This document shows positions 58,004-64,000 of a stretch of DNA of 64,000 bases, piece after piece. How positions within the stretch are numbered: the stretch's first letter is position 1; the number at the start of each line of letters is the position of its first letter. A program made the position numbers and the translations under genes. A model generated the notes under the pieces. That model had not been told where the DNA came from, did not search any database, and saw only the letters and a list, made by a program, of their open reading frames with translations. Source of the stretch: a virus; the IMG/VR virus record IMGVR_UViG_3300027779_002770, positions 1 to 64,000 of that record; one strand, given 5' to 3'.

Positions 58004-58105
58004 ATGATACACGAAACTCATGAATGCGATTGTAAAAAATGTAAATGTAAAGAATCGGAATCTTGCAAATGTAAATGTTGTAATTGTAAAAATATAAATG
58101 CGTAA
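58004..58105 (+). CDS. 33-aa metallothionein-like peptide (MIHETHECDCKKCKCKESESCKCKCCNCKNINA)
   Basis: AAGGAG SD; 9 Cys + 2 His in CxC/CC motifs; below ORF-track length cutoff. Confidence 0.7.
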   Translation: MIHETHECDCKKCKCKESESCKCKCCNCKNINA

Positions 58106-58117
58106 TGGAGAAAAGTT

Positions 58118-58633
58118 ATGCCACAAAAGCCGGCGTCGTTTGAATATAACGGCACACTCATTAAAGTTTTAGATGGAGATACAATAGATTGTTTTATTGA
58201 TTTAGGTTTCGATTTAAAAATAAAGAAAAGAATTAGATACATGGGTATCGATACTTGGGAAAGTAGAACAAGAGATTTAGATGAGAAAGCAAAAGGACTG
58301 TTAGCAAAAGCTCGTAATAAAGAATTGCTAGAGGCTGGAGTTTTTAAAATCATATCTCATGGAACTGGTAAATTTGGCAGAGTACTTGGTGAAATATTTG
58401 TATCGCCAGATGCAGTAGGACATGCAGTATCAGAAGACATAGATAGAAGCTCAGATGGTCTTGTAAGCATCAATGATATTTTGATTGCTGAAGGTCATGC
58501 TTACGAATACTCAGGTGGAAAGAAGAAAGACTTTAAAGCTGAAATAGCAAAAGAAAAGGCAGCTAAGAAAGAAGACTTAATTGACAAGCCAGCAGAAGAA
58601 GCAGAATCGAAAGACAATTCACAAGAGGTATAA
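58118..58633 (+). CDS. thermonuclease (SNase-like)
   Basis: VLDGDT, RYMGIDTWE, KFGRVLG, NDILIAEGHA. Confidence 0.88.
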   Translation: MPQKPASFEYNGTLIKVLDGDTIDCFIDLGFDLKIKKRIRYMGIDTWESRTRDLDEKAKGLLAKARNKELLEAGVFKIISHGTGKFGRVLGEIFVSPDAVGHAVSEDIDRSSDGLVSINDILIAEGHAYEYSGGKKKDFKAEIAKEKAAKKEDLIDKPAEEAESKDNSQEV

Positions 58634-58648
58634 AAGCAAACAAATACC

Positions 58649-58677
58649 TTTCATTTGTGGCAAATAAGTATTAGATT
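58649..58677 (+). promoter_or_regulatory. sigma70-type promoter variant, probably leaderless
   Basis: CCTTTCAT...TAGATT; ATG at 58683, 5 nt after the -10. Confidence 0.6.
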
Positions 58678-58682
58678 CTTAT

Positions 58683-58928
58683 ATGACAACATATTACATT
58701 AAGATGGAAGGTGACTCTAATCATGAGTTACAATTCGATAGCAATATATTAGGCAATGAAAGCTTTGGTACATTTTATACTGAAAGAGGTGTGAAAGCAT
58801 TAATTAATATAATAGCAACTCAACCAGAGGTTATTGACACTATAAAGATAGTCACTGACAAAGGTGAGGAATTTACAATTACAGAGTTCATTGATAAGTT
58901 AAATGAGCTCAAGGTTTTGTTTAATTAA
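58683..58928 (+). CDS. hypothetical protein
   Basis: ORF directly after promoter. Confidence 0.65.
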   Translation: MTTYYIKMEGDSNHELQFDSNILGNESFGTFYTERGVKALINIIATQPEVIDTIKIVTDKGEEFTITEFIDKLNELKVLFN

Positions 58929-58940
58929 GGAGCGGTAGCT

Positions 58941-59108
58941 GTGAGTCAACATTGGACAAGATATATTGAAGATATAGAGCATGAAAATGATCGTGAACAC
59001 GTTAAATCACGTAAACACAAAAAACAAAAACTTAATCATAAACAAGCCAAGCAGCTCAAGGAGGCTAAGCGAAATGGTATTAAATACCCTAAAAAACATA
59101 AGCGTTAG
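58941..59108 (+). CDS. small basic His/Lys-rich protein (55 aa)
   Basis: AAGGAG SD + GTG; MSQHWTRYIEDIEHENDREHVKSRKHKKQKLNHKQAKQLKEAKRNGIKYPKKHKR. Confidence 0.55.
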   Translation: MSQHWTRYIEDIEHENDREHVKSRKHKKQKLNHKQAKQLKEAKRNGIKYPKKHKR

Positions 59109-59595
59109 TGCGCTTTTAATATTAATAGTTGGTTGTGAATTACCAACTACACCGAATGAACCAGTTGATGATTTACATGGCACAACTTTTGTTGAAGTTG
59201 AAGCCATTGATGAAATCGAATTGCATGATGGTACATATCAAACTCTTTATACGATGTGGGGACTCATGTGGTCAGAGTCTTATGATGTAACACATACTCG
59301 AATTGAATGGGAGTCTAATATGTACTGGAAGGTATATGATACAGATGGATATTTTAAGGTAGACTGCCGAGGATGTACGTCTGGAACTTGGTATGATGGT
59401 GATGGCAGCACTGCGCAAGAGACACTTGATTTACATACAATGGCTCCTGTTACAAATCAAGTTTCTTTAGTCAATGGGGATGGTGAATTTTATAATGTGC
59501 TAGCACCTGTAACTTCTATGAACGGAAAATATATGTTACTTTGGTGGTCAACAGCTGATGCTGTAATTGACTCACAAATGATATACATAAATTAG
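59074..59595 (+). CDS. putative lipoprotein
   Basis: AAGGAGG SD before ATG 59074; signal ending LIVG-C lipobox. Confidence 0.7.
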   Translation: MVLNTLKNISVSALLILIVGCELPTTPNEPVDDLHGTTFVEVEAIDEIELHDGTYQTLYTMWGLMWSESYDVTHTRIEWESNMYWKVYDTDGYFKVDCRGCTSGTWYDGDGSTAQETLDLHTMAPVTNQVSLVNGDGEFYNVLAPVTSMNGKYMLLWWSTADAVIDSQMIYIN

Positions 59596-59601
59596 AGAGG
59601 A

Positions 59602-60156
59602 ATGCTAATGAAACAAATAGGCAGTGGAATAATATGTGCATGCATTTTTGTATTTATATCATATTCTATAATGCACATGTCAAAGATAAATGATAAAGTA
59701 GATGAATGGGAAAAGTCTTATAAGCTCATAGAGCAAGATGTGTCTGCATTTATTAAAGTTTCAGATCCAAAAACAATTCGATTGTATGTTAATGAATTAA
59801 ATAAGATATTAGATGAGATACATTTTCTTGGAAAACTTATTGAGAATGGACAGTTAGCAGATGACGGACTTACAGCGATATTAAATCAGCAGTCCGAACT
59901 GAACAAGAAGATTCTAGAGATGGTAACACTGAAAGCTCATAATAAAACTAGAGATGAGATTGAAGATCTATCCGATCGAACTGTAGGTGCCTTAGATCAG
60001 ACATATGAAGACATGATGGACATTGATAACAAGTTAGATAAGACAAATAAAAAGATTCATAAACAATTAGATGGTATACAGGATGAGATTAATGATATCA
60101 AAGGTATATTAAAGACTATGAGCAAAAAGAAATTTTTTCATACGCATAAGGATTAG
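59602..60156 (+). CDS. membrane-anchored coiled-coil protein
   Basis: N-terminal TM helix then heptads. Confidence 0.7.
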   Translation: MLMKQIGSGIICACIFVFISYSIMHMSKINDKVDEWEKSYKLIEQDVSAFIKVSDPKTIRLYVNELNKILDEIHFLGKLIENGQLADDGLTAILNQQSELNKKILEMVTLKAHNKTRDEIEDLSDRTVGALDQTYEDMMDIDNKLDKTNKKIHKQLDGIQDEINDIKGILKTMSKKKFFHTHKD

Positions 60157-60163
60157 GTAAAAA

Positions 60164-60310
60164 ATGGCAAAAGCAAAATCAATTACAACAATAGGAAAAC
60201 CAACTACAACCAAAAAAAAGACACGACAAGGCATGGGTAGAGGGACAAAATTTAATACAACTCCTACAAGTAAAAGATTCAAAAAAAAATATAGAGGACA
60301 AGGAAAATAA
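60164..60310 (+). CDS. 48-aa highly basic peptide ending KKKYRGQGK
   Basis: fills the intergenic gap; AGGT SD; no acidic residues. Confidence 0.65.
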   Translation: MAKAKSITTIGKPTTTKKKTRQGMGRGTKFNTTPTSKRFKKKYRGQGK

Positions 60311-60311
60311 A

Positions 60312-60503
60312 GTGGAAAAATTAATTAAAGAATTTCTAGACAAATATAAGAAAACTGATGTGCCAAACGATCAATTAGCTAAACTATTAATGACAACTAT
60401 AAGAACAAATAAAGGTGGATGGCTAATGGATTTAAATAGACTTGCCGGAAGACCAGAAGCTGATGCGGCATTTATACAGATGGCTGAGGAGGACTGGCGA
60501 TGA
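60312..60503 (+). CDS. hypothetical protein
   Basis: GTG start, coupled ORF. Confidence 0.55.
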   Translation: MEKLIKEFLDKYKKTDVPNDQLAKLLMTTIRTNKGGWLMDLNRLAGRPEADAAFIQMAEEDWR

Positions 60504-60757
60504 AGTATGTGTTAGTGGATAATCATGACAATATCGTCCACACAGTTAGCTTACCTACTGAATATACTCAAGAAGAAGCACGATTATATTTTTTAAATTT
60601 AAAAAAAATAGATGACAAGTCCTTTGATGAGTTGTGGAAAGTTCATTCTTCAGAAGAATGGAAAAATATTCAACATGCTCACCAAAGACCTCCATCATCA
60701 TCTCCAAACAGGGATTGGTGGAAAGAAGAAGAGCCATGGTTAGATTTAGAAAAATGA
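60500..60757 (+). CDS. hypothetical protein
   Basis: GAGGAGG SD, ATGA overlaps. Confidence 0.6.
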   Translation: MKYVLVDNHDNIVHTVSLPTEYTQEEARLYFLNLKKIDDKSFDELWKVHSSEEWKNIQHAHQRPPSSSPNRDWWKEEEPWLDLEK

Positions 60758-61644
60758 TGAAAACATTTATAAGAAAACTCATATTTTGGTTTTGTATTTG
60801 TACAACATTTGTAGATGCTCAAACCTACACAGTAGGTGATATTGTAGATAATTTTGGTGCAGAGGCATGTGTTAACGGAGAAGGTTACTGGGATTACGAT
60901 ACAGATGGTTTAAACAAAATTGTATGGTTAAACTTATTCACATCATGGTGACCAAGTTGTCAAGCGGAGGCTCCGTTGTCAGAATTTATTCACCAATCAT
61001 ATCAAGACTTACCAGTAACAGTAATAGCCGCCGGAAGTGATTGGTCAACTTATAGTTGTGAGGGATGGGCAAATGCATTTGGAATAACGTATCCGATATT
61101 GGATGATGATGTTGGTACTATCTATCCCTTGTTTGGAACTGGATACATACCACACAATATTGTAATCGATGGAAGCGGTGTAGTTTTATATTCCCAATCA
61201 GGTTTTAATCAAGATGCCATTCTTGCTGCAATACAAGAGGGATTATCTTATCTTGAAGTGGATACTGATAGTGATGGTCTATTAGATGAGTACGATAATT
61301 GTCCAGAAGATTACAACCCGAACCAAGATGATATTGATAATGATGGAGATGGAGATGCTTGTGATCAATGTAATAACTTAATATTTACTGGTGGTAATAT
61401 TGATGGTAACGAAAGTATAGATATAATAGATGTACTAATGTTAGTAGATGTTATTTTAGGTGAGAATGAATATATTTGTTCATTCGAGGCGGGTGATATA
61501 ACACAAGACGGATTTTTAAATGTTATGGATGTTATAGGTTTAATTCAAATAATAATGGGTAGTACTGAATCTCAAGCGATGATATGGATAGAAAAGAGCT
61601 TCGAATACATCCCAATGAACACAATCACTATTGATACACTTTGA
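60754..61644 (+). CDS. secreted selenocysteine-containing TlpA/redoxin (UxxC) fused to TSP3 Ca-binding repeats and a dockerin-like domain
   Basis: in-frame TGA 60949-60951 gives FTSW-U-PSCQAEAP; cis-Pro loop YIPHN; DxDxDG repeats with DNCP..YNPNQ; GNIDG..IDIID / GDITQDG..NVMD dockerin pair; signal peptide. Confidence 0.85.
60957..60982 (+). promoter_or_regulatory. bacterial SECIS-like hairpin
   Basis: GCGGA-GGC-TCCGT core stem, extendable; G-starting loop 17 nt after the UGA. Confidence 0.65.
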
Positions 61645-61651
61645 ATCATAT

Positions 61652-61692
61652 TGTTACACTAATAACACAATGTTACACTATATGTTATACTA
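61652..61692 (+). repeat. TGTTA(C/T)ACTA repeats including inverted TGTTA-N6-TAACA (TGT-N10-ACA), possible activator site
   Basis: copies at 61652, 61671, 61683. Confidence 0.55.
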
Positions 61693-61776
61693 TAAAATAT
61701 TTAAAATCAAAAGTTATGTTCAATAATATTGATACTTATAGAGTATTTTAAAATACTTTACAAAATCAGCAGGGTT

Positions 61777-61792
61777 TGGCATAGTTTTTTCC
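61777..61792 (+). promoter_or_regulatory. sigma54-like -24/-12 promoter (imperfect -12)
   Basis: TGGCATAGTTTTTTCC: GG-N10-TC upstream of the pilin genes. Confidence 0.45.
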
Positions 61793-61836
61793 TTATATAG
61801 TATGTAAACACTAATTAATTCTTAAAGGAGAAGAAA

Positions 61837-62493
61837 ATGTTTAACAATTTAATGAAAAAAATAAAGAATAACAGAGGTAATTCACTTGCTGAATTCGCTG
61901 TTGTTACTGCAATGATGGCTACGATGGCTACTACTGCCGCCCCAAAATTTGGTGCTGTTGGTGATTCTGCTAAATCTAAAACATCAATTGCTAATCTAGA
62001 TAAAATCAAGTCTGCAGCTAATAACTTTTATAACGCTGCTGTGTCTGAAGAAGGTCGTGGAAGATTTCCAGGACAAACTAAGTATGATGTAAAAGTTGGT
62101 GGATTTGATTTACCTGCTGAGACTACTACGGATATGGCATTGGAATTGTATTTAGAAACTATTCTAAATTCTTATGAAGGATATGAAGCTGACTTAACTG
62201 ATTTCGTATATGTATTCTCAACTTCAATAACTGATGAAGATGCTCTACAAGGTGATTGGATGAGTGTTGATAATGATGGTGCACACCAGATAGATGCTGG
62301 ATTTGATGAAGATGGTGCTTTAGATTTCAAAGAAAACTTTGGTAACTCAGGTATCTCATCTCCGTTTCAGGATGGTGCTTACATCTATCTTGTTATACCA
62401 GGAAGTGGTAGTGGTTCAGACGCTCAAGCTCCTTGTATGATTATAGCAGATGCTGAGAATCCTGCTGAAATGTACAAAGTATTAACACCTTAA
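61837..62493 (+). CDS. type IV pilin-like protein (major pilin candidate)
   Basis: class III signal KNNRG/NSLAEFAVV...AAPKF with Glu+5. Confidence 0.8.
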   Translation: MFNNLMKKIKNNRGNSLAEFAVVTAMMATMATTAAPKFGAVGDSAKSKTSIANLDKIKSAANNFYNAAVSEEGRGRFPGQTKYDVKVGGFDLPAETTTDMALELYLETILNSYEGYEADLTDFVYVFSTSITDEDALQGDWMSVDNDGAHQIDAGFDEDGALDFKENFGNSGISSPFQDGAYIYLVIPGSGSGSDAQAPCMIIADAENPAEMYKVLTP

Positions 62494-62508
62494 TTTTGTG
62501 AAAGGAGA

Positions 62509-62940
62509 ATGACAATGAGAAATAACAAAGGATTTACCCTTATTGAATTAATAATGGTTACAATCATATTAGGTATTCTTGCTGCTGTCGCTATCCCTCG
62601 GTACATGACAACAGTTGCTAAAGCCGAATCGGCTGCAGAAAATGCAGTAATAGGTTCTATATTGGCTGGTTTAGAAGTCTTTGCTACAGAACAATTGATG
62701 GATAATGGTCGAAGATCATGGCCTGATAATCCATTTGACGGTTTGGACACAAAGCCAAATGGTTACACTACAGATGCAACTGATGCTAATGTTGACGGGG
62801 AGTGGACATTTAATACCACTTCACTAAAAATTACACATCAACGTCTTGATAATTCACGTGTTGGCTGGGTTTATGCTAAAGGCACACAAACAGGAGATGC
62901 TGCTAACGTGGGTACTCTCGGTGCTAGAGCAACTTTGTAG
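62509..62940 (+). CDS. type IV pilin / pseudopilin
   Basis: NKG/FTLIELIMVTIILGILAAVAIPRY. Confidence 0.93.
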   Translation: MTMRNNKGFTLIELIMVTIILGILAAVAIPRYMTTVAKAESAAENAVIGSILAGLEVFATEQLMDNGRRSWPDNPFDGLDTKPNGYTTDATDANVDGEWTFNTTSLKITHQRLDNSRVGWVYAKGTQTGDAANVGTLGARATL

Positions 62941-62952
62941 AGGAGACTACTT

Positions 62953-63390
62953 ATGAATAACTCTGCTGGATTCACTTTAGCGGAATTAGTCGTAACTATC
63001 GTATTGGTGGGGATACTTGCAGCAGCAGCTATCCCCACTTTTAATAATGTGATGGTATCAACTCAACTCCAAATAAACAAATCAAATATGGAAAGTATAA
63101 AGAATGCCTTTATGCGGTATTATTTTGTAACTCAAAATGATCCTCCACCAATACCAGAAAACCATTTGCTAGATTCAGAATACAAAGATTTAGTTTTACC
63201 TGACGGTAGAACACCCGATAATTTATTTAATGGTAAAGCTGGTTTACCTTATAATAGCAATGGAGACCCTTATAGTTATTACCTAGAGAACGACACAAAT
63301 TCCACAGGATTTGTAACACGGACAATAATAATAAAAGATATGAATACAGATAGCCCGTCATACGAGGAATATGTAATCGGAGGGATTTAA
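62953..63390 (+). CDS. type IV pilin / pseudopilin
   Basis: SAG/FTLAELVVTIVLVGILAAAAIP. Confidence 0.92.
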   Translation: MNNSAGFTLAELVVTIVLVGILAAAAIPTFNNVMVSTQLQINKSNMESIKNAFMRYYFVTQNDPPPIPENHLLDSEYKDLVLPDGRTPDNLFNGKAGLPYNSNGDPYSYYLENDTNSTGFVTRTIIIKDMNTDSPSYEEYVIGGI

Positions 63391-63785
63391 TGAACAGAGG
63401 ATATACGCTGATCGAAATGGTCGTAGTTATTCTCATAATTGGTATTATGAGTGCAGTAGCAGTACCGAGATACCAAAGAATAATTGAATTAAAAGAATTA
63501 GAAGCTGAAACAGAATTTGTACATCAGATGTGGAAAGAATTAGAATTATATGCTGAAGAACGATTTGTAGCAACAGGCACAGAGAGCTGGCCGGTAAATC
63601 CACTTTCTGTTTTAGGTCGCACAAGAGGTGTCATCGTTACTATGGACTTGGGAATACCCGATGAAGATAATGAATGGCAATTTGATGGAACTGACTTATT
63701 TCATAGGAGAAGGAACAATGAGACTTGGTATTTCAATTACACCCCTAGTAATTTTCATTTGTCTGAACTTCCAGTTAAGTTTTAG
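63390..63785 (+). CDS. type IV pilin / pseudopilin
   Basis: NRG/YTLIEMVVVILIIGIMSAVAVPRY; WP.NP and EW.F shared with 62509. Confidence 0.92.
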   Translation: MNRGYTLIEMVVVILIIGIMSAVAVPRYQRIIELKELEAETEFVHQMWKELELYAEERFVATGTESWPVNPLSVLGRTRGVIVTMDLGIPDEDNEWQFDGTDLFHRRRNNETWYFNYTPSNFHLSELPVKF

Positions 63786-64000
63786 TCAAGATGAAGTTGA
63801 CTTGGATTTTGATGCCATGTGGGATAATACTATATGGAACGAAATCGAAGATATAGCAGATGAAGAAATACAAGAGGTAGATAACATAACAGCAACAGCT
63901 GGTGTTCGTGGAGCTGAAGCAGAAGATGAAGCGTTAGCACTATTGTATTATAGACGAAGTATGAAAGGACTATCCAAATTAGATTTACAAAAAGCATTAG
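63718..64000 (+). CDS. secreted protein, truncated by window end (MRLGISITPLVIFICLNFQLSFSQDEV...TAGVRGAE...)
   Basis: AGGAG/AAGGA SD, signal-peptide-like N-terminus, frame open to the end. Confidence 0.55.
   Translation, partial: MRLGISITPLVIFICLNFQLSFSQDEVDLDFDAMWDNTIWNEIEDIADEEIQEVDNITATAGVRGAEAEDEALALLYYRRSMKGLSKLDLQKAL

Noticed and set aside
58981-59073. Track start of the lipoprotein at 58981
   Set aside because: AAGGAGG precedes ATG 59074, and the upstream stretch is better explained by ORF 58941-59108
60634-60753. N-terminal extension of ORF 60634 in the track
   Set aside because: Overlaps gene 60500-60757; the signal peptide begins at ATG 60754
60949-60951. Genome-wide TGA reassignment or simple pseudogene
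   Set aside because: TGA ends many other genes normally (ATGA overlaps); this one sits at a catalytic Cys position with a SECIS-like hairpin and both halves are intact
61700-61775. IHF site between the putative enhancer and sigma54 promoter
   Set aside because: AATCAA-like cores are present but none fits WATCAA-N4-TTR spacing
390-63436. All minus-strand ORFs and nested short plus-strand ORFs in the track
   Set aside because: They are shadows of well-supported + strand genes and show no recognisable motifs

Overview
All credible genes lie on the + strand. The window is a 64 kb segment of a large, AT-rich contractile-tailed (myovirus-type) phage genome, probably marine. Gene order: two 2OG-Fe(II) oxygenases; tail module (sheath, tube, frameshifted chaperone, tape measure, baseplate/LysM); replication module (atypical short family-A polymerase, gp32-like SSB, RecA, 5'-3' exonuclease, DnaB helicase, class II B12-dependent RNR); a nucleotide-remodelling cluster around a DnaE polymerase (NDT-like hydrolase, HD nucleotidase, Cys-variant ThyX, all-alpha dNTPase, dNMP-kinase/thymidylate-synthase-fold fusion with the dCMP-specifying Asp, dCMP deaminase, Nmad1/DUF1599, two nucleases); a ~17 kb glycosylation island (GT4, GT2, GT29-like, ColD-like, cytidylyltransferase, SIS-HAD, sulfotransferase-GT2); and a host-envelope island (TonB-dependent receptor with a pseudoknotted leader, tRNA-Ala, KdsA, an unannotated metallothionein-like peptide, a secreted UxxC selenoprotein with SECIS-like hairpin, TSP3 and dockerin domains, and four type IV pilins behind a sigma54-like promoter). 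The best candidates for an undescribed system are (1) a cytosine-replacement/DNA hypermodification pathway coupled to a family-C polymerase and (2) a phage-borne selenoprotein + pilin + TonB receptor envelope-remodelling island. The latter suggests a Marinimicrobia-like host. All calls come from reading motifs by eye; no searches were run.
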